Assembly: GCA_964247055.1 (NCBI GenBank)
Contig: OZ176051.1
Span: 5,208,001 to 5,272,000 of the forward strand
DNA length: 64,000 nt
Direction: 5' to 3'
Source: Paragordius varius
Lineage: Eukaryota; Animalia; Nematomorpha
The notes beneath the pieces were generated by a model. That model had not been told where the DNA came from. It did no database searches and worked only from the letters and a program-made list of their open reading frames with translations. Position 1 is the first letter of the stretch, and each line of letters opens with the position of its first letter. Below are positions 52,662 to 64,000 of the stretch, piece after piece. The translations under genes were made by a program, and so were the position numbers.

Positions 52662-55600
52662 CTAGCGTAAATCTCGTGCTGTTACGCAGCCCAAGGAAAT
52701 CCTTCGGACTTCTGCGGGGGGGGGGGCTTATTGAAAAATGGACAATAAAATGACCCATATATGTGGATTTTTTTAAACATTATTTAATAGCTATGATCTC
52801 ATAAGATTTTGAAACGGTGCATTCATACTAATATATTGTTTACTGGCGTAAAAACCCCAAATTGATAACGGGAAAAACCGCTAATAATTTTTACCTTTTT
52901 ATGGGTAATATTTATAGCCTTTATGGAACTCGTAAGGCATCTTAGTTTTTTAAAAATTAGCTCCAAAGCCACCCCATTTTTGTATGACGTCTCAGTTTAA
53001 ACCGGTATACCCATAGGCCTATATGGAAAAACCGCTAAGTAAAATTTTTTGCCTTTATAGGGAAAATATTTGGAACATCTTTGAGACAATCCATGGGTTA
53101 TTCGAAATAACCCCTCAACACTAAATAATCGTTATATGATGGCGTATTTATAGGGCATAAAGGCCCTAAATTAACGGCTAATAAAAAAGGCCTGACCTTA
53201 ATTTTTACCTAGTTGCGGGTAATATTTCGAATTTTAAATGAGCTCTTATGGCATAAATTTTAAATTAGCTCCAAAAGCACCCAATTTCTATATAGTGGCA
53301 CAGTTTTTGGCAGGTAGCTTCTTACTCATAGGCAGGTATAAAAAGCGTCGGGCAAAATTTTTGTCTCTATATGGAGAATATCTGGAATTATAATGTCCAT
53401 ATGTTCCTATAAGTTCTAGAAAATTTGGCTTCAAAACCAAAAAATCGTTCTATGGCGGCGAATTTTTCAGGGCGTAAAACTTTTTTTAGCGATTCATTAA
53501 AATAACCTCCTATACTAAAATATTTGTTTTTTTAGGGGCAATAAATATTTTAGGCTTTTATTGAACTCACATAGTCTCATAAGTTTTAAATTTGACTCCA
53601 AAGACATGCTGTATCGATATAGTGACGCATTTTTACCCGGGTAGCCCCCTACCCACAGCCTATTTAACCGCTAATTTAAAAAATCTGTTCGAATTAAATT
53701 TTTGCTTTTTTACGGGTAATAATACAGGCCTTCATTAAACTTTCATGGCCTGATAAGTTTTCTGAAAATTAACTCCTAAACAACGCTATTTTGATATGGT
53801 GGTGCTGTTTTAGGCGGGTAGCTCCCGACCCAGAGGCTGATACAAAAAAGCGCTTGATAAAGTTTTTTGCCTTTTTACGAATATTGCTTGGAATCATGAT
53901 TGATTCCATATGCTTTTATTAGTTTTTGGAAAAATTGCCTCAAAACCAAAAAACCATTCTATGGTGGCGCATTTTAGCAGGGCGTAAAGGGCCTATTTAA
54001 CCGCTAATTTAAAAAATCCGCTCGACTTAAATTTTTGACTTTTTACAGGTAATATTTTAAGCACGGATTTAACTTATATGGCCTAATCTTGTGCTGCTTG
54101 GCACCCGAGGAAGTCCTTAGGACTTCTTGGGGTGGGGGGCTATTTGAAAAAAAGGGTTCAATAAAATGATGCATATATGTGGATTATTTCGAAACATTAT
54201 TTAATAGCTATGATCTTATAGGATTTTAAAAACGGTGCTTCATATAAGTTTAAAAACTTTGCATTCGTACTGATATCTTGTTTACTGGTGTGAAGGCCCC
54301 AAATTGACCTCTAACGGAAAAAAACCGCTATAGTATAATTTTTACTTTTTATGGGTATTTTTTAAAGCTTTTATTGAACTCGTATTACTTCATAATTTTT
54401 TTAGCTCCAAAACACGCCATTTTTGTATGGCGTTTCAGTTTTAAACTGGTAAACCTATATGCAAAAAGCGCTAAGTTAATTATTTTGCCTTTATAGGGAA
54501 AATATTTGGAATCATCTTCGAGACCATCGTCTCATGGGTTATTCGATAAAATTCTTCAAAACTAATGAATCGTTATATGATGGCGTATTTTTAGGGCATA
54601 AAGGCCCCAAATTAACGGCTAATAAAAAAGGCCTGACCTTAATTTTCTAGCTACGGGTAATATTTTGAACTTCAAATACATATGGCTTCATAAGTTTTCT
54701 GTAAATTAGTTTCAAAACAACGCAATTTCTATATAATGGCGCAATTTCGGGCGGGTAGCTCCTTACCAAGGCAGGTATAAAAAAAGCGTTTGGCAAAATT
54801 TTTGCCTTTTATGGGGAATAAAATTATCATGGATTCCATATGTTCCTATAAGTTCTTGGAAATATTGAACTAAAAAATTGTTCTATGGCGCCGCATTTTT
54901 CAGGGCGTAAAACTTTACTTAGTGACTCATTAAAATAAATCACTATTTGTTTTTTAAGGAATAATAAATATTAAGCCCTGAACTTAAATTGTTTCATAGG
55001 TTTTCTGAAATTTAGCCCCAAAGGCACGCTATTTTGATACGACGGGGCAGTTTTTAGTGGGTATCCTTACCCAGCAGCCAATATAAAAAAACGCACGACT
55101 AAAATTTTTGCTTTTTTACGGAGAATTGGAATTATGATTGATTCCATATGCTCTCATTAGTTTTTGGAAAAATTGCCTCAAAACCAAAAAATCATTCTAT
55201 GGTGGCGCCTGTTTCAGGGCGTGAAGGGCCCGATTAACTGCTAATTTAAAAAAAACCTACGACCTAAATTTTTGCCTTGTTACGGATGATATTATAAGCA
55301 TTTATTGAACTCATATGGTCTGATAGGTTTTTTGAAATTTAGCCCCAAAGGCACGCTATTTTGAAACGACGGGGCAGTTTTTAGCGGGTATCTCCTTACC
55401 CAGCAGCCAATATAAAAAAACGCATGACTAAAATTTTCTTTTAACGGGGAATACCTGGGGCCCTCATTGAATTTTTACGGTCTCATACTTTGGGCTAAAA
55501 ATAGATTCAAAAAATTATTTTTGTGGACTTTGTTTTTTGACAAAAATGGCTATTAACGAGGGAAGCGGGTAAAAAGAGGGCCTAAATTAAAAAAGCGAGC

Positions 55601-58600
55601 CGACTATGTTCGGCGCAATCAAAAAAATGTAAAAAAATAATATTTAAAATCGAATGGTCCAACACGTTTTCAGGAAAATGGTTTCACACGATTTTTGTGG
55701 ACTTCTCTTTTCAAAAAGTTTTTTTTACACGGTGTGGACCCAAACTGGGGGCCTTATTTAAAAAAGGACCATATTTTTTTGACATTCGGATTTGAATATG
55801 TCCACCGGTTTTCCGGGAACAGATCACAAAGCCACCACTTTCCATTTTTATAAATATATAGTAAACTAGCGTAAATCTCGGACTGCTACGCAGCCCGAGG
55901 AAGCCCTTCGGACTTATTGGGGGGAGGAGGGGGGAGCGCTATTCAAAAAAAGGGTTTAACAAAATTGTAATCTATATATGAATTATTTTGAAACATTATT
56001 CAATAGTTATGATCTCATAGGATTTTCAAAACTGTGCATTCATACTGATATATTGACTGGTGTGAAGGGTCCAAACCGACGGCTAACGGAACAAACCGCT
56101 CTACTATAATTTTAACTTTTTTGGGTAAACCTTTATTGAACTCGTATGGCTTCTTAAGTATTTTAAAAATTTTGCTCTAAAACCTCGCCATTTTGTATGG
56201 CGTCTCAGTTTTAAACCGGAAGACCTCTACCCATAGACCTATCTGGAAAAGGTGCTAAATTCTTTGCCTTTATAGGGCGATTTGGAATCATCTTTGATAC
56301 CATCGCATAGGTTATTCGAAAAAATACCACAACACTAAATAATCGTTAAATGATGGCGTATCTTTAGGGCATAAAGGCCCCAAATTAACGGCTAATAAAA
56401 AACGCCTGACCTTATTTTTTACCTAGTTACGGGTAATATTTCAAGCTTTTAATGAGCTCATATGGCTTCATAAGTTTTTTGTAAAATGGCTCCAAAACAA
56501 GGCATTTTCTTTTTAGTGGTACAGTTTTTGGCGAGCTCCTTACACATGGGCAGGTATAAAAAAAGCGTTTGGCAAAATTTTTGCCTTTTATGGGGAATGA
56601 AAATATCATAGATTCTTTCTAAGAGGGCGCATTTTCAGGGTAAATCTTTACTTAGCTACTCATTAAATTAACCCCCTATACTAAAATATTTGTTTTTTAA
56701 GGGGTAATAAATATTTTAGCCCTTATTTAACTCACATAGTTTCATAGGTTTTTTGAAATTTGGCTTCAAATTCATGCTGTATCGATATGGTGACTCGGTT
56801 TACGTGGTAGCCCCCTAACCAGAAGCGTAATAAAAAAACGCTCGATTAAAATTTTTCATGTAAAACCTGAAATCACGATTGATTCCATATGCTCTCGTGG
56901 GATTTTCGAAGAATTGCCTCAAAACTAAAAGGTTATTCTATGGTGATTTTTTAGAGCAGGGGCCTATTAAGGGGGAATATAAAACTGCTTTACTTAAATT
57001 TTTGCCTTTTTACGGGTAATATTTCAAGCCTTTATTGAGCTCATATGGCCCGATAAGTTTTCTAAAATTTGCCTCCAAAGTCACGCTGTATCGATATGGT
57101 GGCGAGGTTGTTGACGGGTAGCTTTCTACTCAGAGGCTGCAAAAAAATTTGCCCTTTAACTGGAAATATCTGAAATCCTTATTGAATTATTACGGTCTCA
57201 TACTTTGGGCGAAAAATAGATTCAAAAAGTTATTTTTGTGGACTTAATATTTTGAAAAAAGTGGCATTTTACCGGAGGAGCAGGTAAAAAGAAGGCCTAA
57301 ATTCAAAAAAAGTGAGCCGACTATCTTCGGCGCAATAAAAAATAAGTAAAAAAAAATCATATTTGAAATCGAATGGTCCAACACGTTTTCGAGAAATTTT
57401 CTCAAAGACACGATTTTTGTGGACTTGTGTTTTCAGAAAAACCCGTTTTTAACACGGGGTGGGTTCGAACTGGGGACCTAATTCAAAAAAAAGGGCAAAG
57501 CTATTGTCGGGGTATTCATTAATGATTATATTTTTTCGACATTTGGATTTGAATGGGTCTATTGGTTTTCCGGAAACAAACACAATTCCGATGTGGTGGC
57601 GCAGTTTTAGGCGCGTAATTCCCTACCCAGAGGCTGATACAAAAATAGCGCTTGATTAAAATTTTTCCTTTTTACCAAAAATACCTGGAATCATAATTGA
57701 TTTCATATGCTGTCAATAGTTTTTGGAAAAATTGCCTCAAAACAAAAAAATCTTTCTATGGTGGCGCCTATTTCAGTGTGTGAAGGACCTAATTAACCGC
57801 TAATTTTTAAAAACCGCACAACCTTCATTTTTGCCTTGTTACGGCTAATTTTTAAGCGCCTGTTAATCTTATATGGCCTGATAAGCTTTCTGAAATTTAG
57901 CCCCGGAGGCATGCTATTTCGATGTGAAGCGGCAGATTTTAGCGATCTCCTTACCCAGCAGCCAATATAAAAAAACACACGACTAAAATTATTTCCTTTT
58001 AACAGGGAATACCTGGAATCCTCCATGAATTTTTTCGGACGAAAAATATATTCAAAAATTATTTTTGTGGACTCAGTTTTTTGAAAAAAATAGCATTCTA
58101 CGGGAGCGGGTAAAAAGAGGGTTTAAATTAAAAAAGCGAGCCGACTATATACGGAATTGAAAAATAGTTTAAAAAATCATATTTAAATCGAATGGTCCCA
58201 CGCTTTCCGAAAAATTAGCTCAAAGACACGATTTTTGTGGACTAATTTTCAAAAAAACCCGTTTTTTACACGGGGTGGGCCCGAACTGGGGGCCTAATTC
58301 AAAAAAAGAGCCAATGCTATTGTCGTAGCATTCATTATTGATTATATATTTTCGACATTTGGATTTGAATGGGTCTAGCGGTTTTCCGGAAACAGATCAC
58401 AAAGCCAGAATTTTCCATTTTTATACATATACTAGCGTAAATTTCGTGCTGATCCGCAGACCGAGGAAGTCCTTCGGACTTCTGGGGGGAGGGGCTTTTT
58501 GGAAAAAGGGACAATAAAATGATCCATATATGTGGATTATTTTGAAACATTTATATAGCTATGATATCATAGGATTTTCAAAACGGTGCATTCATACTAA

Positions 58601-61328
58601 TATATTGTTTACTGGTGTGAAGGCCCCAAATTGACGGCTAAGGGAAAAAACCGCTATACTATAATTTTTACCTTTTTATGGGTAATATTTAGAGCCTTTA
58701 TTGAACTCGTATGGCTTCTTAGGTTTTTTAAAAATTAGCTCCAAAGCCACGCCATTTTTGTATGGCGTCTCATTTTTAAACCGGTAGACCCCTACCCATA
58801 GCCCTATATGGAAAAACCGCTAAGTAAAATTTTTTGCCTTTATATGGAAAATATTTGGAATCATCTTCGAGACCATCGTCTCATGGGTCATTTGAATAAA
58901 TACCTCAACACTAAATAATCGTTATATGATGCGTATTTTTAGGGCATAAATGCCCCAAATTAACGGCTAATAAAAAAGGCCTGACCTTAATTTTTACCTA
59001 GATACGGGTAATATTTCGAACTTTAAATGAGCTCATATGGCATAAGTTTTAAATTAGTTCCAAAACAACGCAATTTCTATATAGTGGCACAGTTTTAGGG
59101 CGGGTAGCTTCTTACCCAGAGGCAGGTATAAAAAAGCGATGGGCAAAATTTTTGTCCTTTTATGGGGAATATCTGGAATTATAATGTACATATGTTCCTA
59201 TATGTTCTTGGAAATATTGCTTAAAAACCAAAAATTTTTTTATGGCGGCCAATTTTTCAGGGCGTAAAACTTTTTTTGGCGACTCATTGAAATAACCTCC
59301 TATGCTAAAATATTTTTTTTGAGGGGTAATAATTATTTTAGGCCCCTATTGAACTCACTTAGTCTCATAAGTTTTCTGAAATTTGGCTCTAAACACATGC
59401 TGTATCGATATGATCGCGCAGTTGTAGGTGGGTAGCCCCCTACCCAGAGACCAATATAAAAATGTTAGATAAAAAATTTTGCCTTTATACGGGAATACCT
59501 GGAATCATCATTCATTCCATATGTTCTTAATAGTTTACACTGCTCAACAAGGTTTTGCACCACCCCATTATTTTTGCATTTTCTGATACCTAATGGCATG
59601 GAAAGGCCAAAACAAAAAAGAAAATTGAGGCCACCAATAGGATTTTTCCGAAATTTAATTTTTAAATTCGTATTTAATTTAAAAATAACAATCATTCCTC
59701 GTGTACATATTAAATATTCAAACGAACAAATCGATACAAGTAATATTCCATGCATGAATAACAAAATTCTAGGCATTAAATAAGATACTAAACAAGCTAA
59801 GAGCCAAAGTATTAAAAATCTAAAAGGGGCTTATGTATAGTGTAATAGATCCGGGCGGCTGCACAAGAGCTCTGCATATCCCCCAAGCGATCCAATTATG
59901 CCAGATATGGCAAAGATAACAATAAGTTATCGTAAAGCCCGATAAGAGAGACTTGCAAGCAAAATCCAGGCAAATTGACATGCCAAATTAACCAATTCAC
60001 AGAATAAAGTTAGATAAATTCTACAATTAAATTGAATAAAAAGATTAGGTAAATACAAATGGTCCAATCCCATAATAGTAAATTCTACTAAAAGTCGCTA
60101 CACAACACCCATCTGAAATTAAAAATACAAAACAACCAATAATTTTAAAAAATAAAGTATATCCACTAGGTATAAATAAAGGATTTTTTGTAAGAGCCAA
60201 CTCAAGAAAAAAAGCCCAATAAGTACTCGAAAGAACGAAAACTAACAAAAAAATATAGCCTATCTAAAAGCCGAAGGTTTAAACCATATAATGCCTTTTT
60301 TAGTATTTTTTTAAAATTTTTTTATACGTATTAAAAATTAACTTGAAAGAAAAAGACTAAATTTTTACGTTTAAGTCCGTACTATTTTTTTCTCTCTGAT
60401 ATTTAAATGACATATTATTAAAAAGATAGAGTTTAAAAATTAAATGATATTAAGTTTATAATATAATAACATTTTATTATAAAGTTATATTTAATTTTCT
60501 CTCGATTTTCTCTTGTTTTTGAAAAATTGAAAAACCTATAATATTTTAAATTCTGATTGGCGGGATCAAAAAATTTTACACATTTACTGAAATTAGTCAT
60601 AATTTAAAAGTTTGAGTGGTGGTGCTCAAAAATGTCCAAATTTGTCGACTAGTGTATGGAAGAATGGCTTCAAAACTAAATAATAATTCAATGATACGCA
60701 TTTTTTAGGGCGTAAAGGGCCTATTTAACCGCTATTTTTAAAAATCTGCTCGACTTAAATTTTTGACCTTTTACAGGTAATATTTTAAGCAGTTATTGAA
60801 CTCTATGGCCTGATAAGTTTTCTGAAATTTAGCCAAAAAAGCACGCTCTGACGGGTCAGTTTTTAGCGGGTATCTGTTTACCCAGCAGCTATCATCAAAT
60901 AAATGCTTGACTAAAATTTTTCCCTCTTAGCAGGTAATACCTGGAATCCTTATTGAATTTTTATGGTTTCATACCTTGGGCGAAAAATAGATATATAAAA
61001 TTATTTTTTTTTGACTTAATATTTTGAAAAAAATTGCATTTTACGGAGGGAGCGGGTAGAAAGAGGGCCTAAAAATCGAAAGTTAAAAAAATCATATTTA
61101 AAATCAAATGGTCCAACACTTCCGGAAAATTGTCTCAAAGACACGATTTTTGGGGACTATTGTTTGCAATGGGCTCGAACTGGGGGCCTAATTCAAAAAA
61201 GGGCGATGCTATTGTCGGGGCATTCATTAATGATTATATATTTTCAACATTTGGATTTGAATGGGTCTAGCGGTTTTCCGGAAACAGATCAAAAGCCACC
61301 ACTTTCCATTTTTATAATATAGATAGAT
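52662..61328 (-). mobile_element. Head-to-tail tandem array of a non-autonomous Helitron (about five full or partial units)
   Basis: 3' ends a|CTAGcgtaaat...GAAGTCC-ttc-GGACTTC hairpin at 52662, ~54085 (CTAG lost), 55866 and 58432. The 5' end reads A|TCTATCTATATTATAAAAATGG on the minus strand at ~61328. Units: 52662-54083, 54085-55860, 55866-57577, 57585-58430 and 58432-61328 (interrupted). No Rep/helicase ORF. Confidence 0.85.
59538..60654. mobile_element. TA-flanked Tc1/mariner-type non-autonomous insertion nested in the last Helitron unit
   Basis: Imperfect TIRs CACTGCTCAACAA..TTTTGCACCACC / CACTAGTCGACAA...TTTTGAGCACCACC. Removing the insert plus one TA gives aatagtttatggaagaatggcttcaaaac, which matches the repeat consensus aatagtttttggaaaaattgcctcaaaac. 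Confidence 0.75.
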
Positions 61329-61726
61329 TATAAATTCTTTAAAAACAGCTGATTGATATCAGATTTTTGCGTCAACGTGGCCTCCAATTCCTGATTCTAA
61401 TGCTAATAAGTTTCCCTATATAAGATATCATAATTAAAAAACTACATTTTTGAAACAAGCTCTTGTTTTATATACTCTATTAGATCCTAATTTAAAATCC
61501 AGATTTCAATCATGGTTTTTAACTCAGCAGTTACGACAGAACACACTAACCATGTCTTAATTTATAGTATATAATTTATTGTTTTGCATGGAATAGATCC
61601 CAAAATACTTTCATTTAATGATTATCAATAAATAATTTATTTAATACAATAATCTACATACATATAAGAATGGAGTAGTGCCACTATAAAAATTATTGTG
61701 CACGTAAATTTAATGAAAATAAAAAA

Positions 61727-63031
61727 TTATTGTTTTCTGCTCGATGTTATTATATTAGACGTATTGCTGACCGTTCCAACTTGATTATGTCGCCAAAAAT
61801 AGAATTTAGCCCTAAGAGTTTGTATACTCATGAAACACAAAATTCCATTCACGGCATAAATAAGCCCTAAGCTATACGATGATATGAATGTTATAATGAG
61901 TGTCGGAGCTCGACCCGTAGGTAAGGGTACAACTGTAAATATGGCAAACATTATTGAACTAATAAAGTTTATGAGGAACATGAGGAAAGCATATTTGAGA
62001 ATGGTTGTTTCCCGTTTTTTGTAGCTTAGCGCTTTTTTATCAAATGTACTTGCTTGATTATTAGTTTTATTGTTTGAAGTGATATTATCCTTTACAGGAC
62101 TTTGCGGTGTATCATCGGGAGCAATTTTGACATGAAAAGCTTGTGTATTATGCATACCATTCTGACGGAGGGCAGAAACAGTTATCGTATTCTTTGCGTT
62201 CTTTTTACCAAAAGTTGTAGAAGAACGTTGTTTTTCAAGGTTTTTATTAACATCTACATCAATAACTTTAATAGGTGCGGGTGGTGTTGCAGAGGTAGAT
62301 TTAGTTGATCTGATATCTATTAATCGTTTCCTGTGATTTCTAAGGTAAGTACCTATAATGAGGTATATGCAAAGCATAGCTGTTATGTTACCTAACTCCC
62401 ACACAATATGTAATGTGAATACGGGTGTTTGAAATCGATGATAATTGACAAAGCATCCCAACAAGATACCCGTTAATTCAACACGTCCTACCTCGACATG
62501 AACTATACGAACGACAAAACAAAGAATCCAAAGACAAGCTATGAGGATGCAAAAAATGCGGGGAGTTAAAAGTTTTTTGATCCAACCCTTAACCCTTTGG
62601 GATTTTATAGGGTCACATACTATGTAGTATCGATCCAGTGCCAAAAGAAACAAGTGGAAAGAATGACTGATGAAAAATATTTCATTCAAATATCCAAACC
62701 CATAACAAAGCTTGGGATACGCTTTAAACAGATTCAAGTAAGGGGTGTTTGGGTTCGGAGATCTCCATAACACTGCTAACATAATGTTAAGAAGGTACAA
62801 CAGGCATCCTAAAAAATCGCAAATCGTCAAGCTAAGTATGAGTAAGTATTGAGAATTACAACGGAATTTACGATATTTCAGTATGACGACAATCAATACA
62901 AAATTTATGATGGAGCCTATGACATATGAAACCGTGAATATGGCCAATAATATGGGTGTTAGATGGGGTGTAGTTCGTATCAAATAAAATGGATCGGATG
63001 ATCCTTGAATTTTTTCCAACGTAGTATTCAT
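61727..63031 (-). CDS. Orphan rhodopsin-like (class A) GPCR, single exon, 434 aa
   Basis: Seven hydrophobic segments: TM1 GSIIN, TM2 LTICD, TM3 C...LALDRY, TM4 W, ECL2 Cys and TM5 Y. Long third intracellular loop and an N-terminal NTT sequon. Confidence 0.9.
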   Translation of the reverse strand: MNTTLEKIQGSSDPFYLIRTTPHLTPILLAIFTVSYVIGSIINFVLIVVILKYRKFRCNSQYLLILSLTICDFLGCLLYLLNIMLAVLWRSPNPNTPYLNLFKAYPKLCYGFGYLNEIFFISHSFHLFLLALDRYYIVCDPIKSQRVKGWIKKLLTPRIFCILIACLWILCFVVRIVHVEVGRVELTGILLGCFVNYHRFQTPVFTLHIVWELGNITAMLCIYLIIGTYLRNHRKRLIDIRSTKSTSATPPAPIKVIDVDVNKNLEKQRSSTTFGKKNAKNTITVSALRQNGMHNTQAFHVKIAPDDTPQSPVKDNITSNNKTNNQASTFDKKALSYKKRETTILKYAFLMFLINFISSIMFAIFTVVPLPTGRAPTLIITFISSYSLGLIYAVNGILCFMSIQTLRAKFYFWRHNQVGTVSNTSNIITSSRKQ

Positions 63032-64000
63032 AAAAATTAATAATTACGTAAATCACTAAATATATCCTTCAAAATTTTATGATGAAATTTTAAATACAAA
63101 TTAATTTAAAACGGAGCTTTGCTCCAAATTCTTTATGTAAATATAGAATCTGTAAAATGTGCCAAAATTAGGAGTGTACCCTTGGATAATATTAATTAAA
63201 AAATGATGGATTTTCAAATTTTTATTTTTAAAATAAATAAATTTTTTACATGGATCGATATGATAATTTAATTTTTGGATATTTATGTAAATGATGAATA
63301 TTTTATAAAATCTATTAAAAGGTTTTGTTACTTTACATTATTTATTTTGTACATTTATTTATTCATGTTATTTTTACAATAATTCTAGAAATTGTCAAAA
63401 TTCATATAAATATCCTAACAAAAGATAAAAATAATTGTATTACACTTTATTTACATACCATGTTACATATATTATAACATAAAAGAATTCTATCACAGTA
63501 ATTAGTTAGTTATAAGCGCCAAAAACAATTTATTTAAAATTGTTTTTTTTTTCAAAAATAAAATTATAAAACAGAAGGTAATTTTTACAATTTCAATAAC
63601 GGAGCTATTATTGGCCATTTTTGTTTTCAAATTGGCTAAAAAGTGATTTATTTTATATGACTTTCGAAAGTACGATTTCCTATTTTATTATTTACATATT
63701 CAATTCAAATTGTAGGGAACAAATATAAAATGGCACCTCTCCATAATAAATTATCATGTTGGCGATACGAATAAATGTAAAACAATAGACATGTACATTA
63801 AATCCCTTTTAGACCAATTAAAATACTAAGATGGTCAATAATAAATCTCGGTATATCTCATCATTTTTGACATAGTTGTTGTTAATTCCATAAATTTGGA
63901 AAAATTTTATCTGGATGAAATATTTTAAAAGAAAAAAAACCATTTGTATCAATTATGTTTCCTGTCCAAATTGTACATGTATATTTCATAACAGAGCGGT

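Noticed and set aside
52662-61328. CRISPR-like or coding interpretation of the repeat array, including ORFs at 56427, 57459, 57793, 58335, 59465 and 12049
   Set aside because: The repeats are long, degenerate and contiguous with no unique spacers, the context is eukaryotic with no cas genes, and the short ORFs are chance frames in repeat DNA.

Overview
AT-rich genomic DNA from an animal, most likely an invertebrate. It has spliceosomal GT-AG introns, (TA)n microsatellites and many non-autonomous DNA transposons. The supplied ORF track consists mostly of exon fragments. By following splice phases by hand I assembled five genes: (1) a 7-exon, ~785-aa perilipin-family gene (-); (2) a plastin/fimbrin (+) with an atypical Pro-rich/acidic C-terminal tail and no EF-hand exon that I could find; (3) a 14-exon, ~1708-aa secreted low-complexity protein (-) with no Cys after its signal peptide, built from basic, Q/N/P/Y-rich and acidic/His blocks, which is the most novel item here; (4) a 4-exon GM2-activator (ML-domain) gene (+) with a fossil mariner in intron 1; (5) a single-exon divergent class A GPCR (-). 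A sixth spliced gene of unknown function lies at the left edge. The region 52.7-61.3 kb is a head-to-tail array of a non-autonomous Helitron with internal ~160-bp subrepeats and a nested MITE, and a chimeric relative sits in a perilipin intron. Gene models are manual and have no transcript support. No database searches were run and the organism is not identified.
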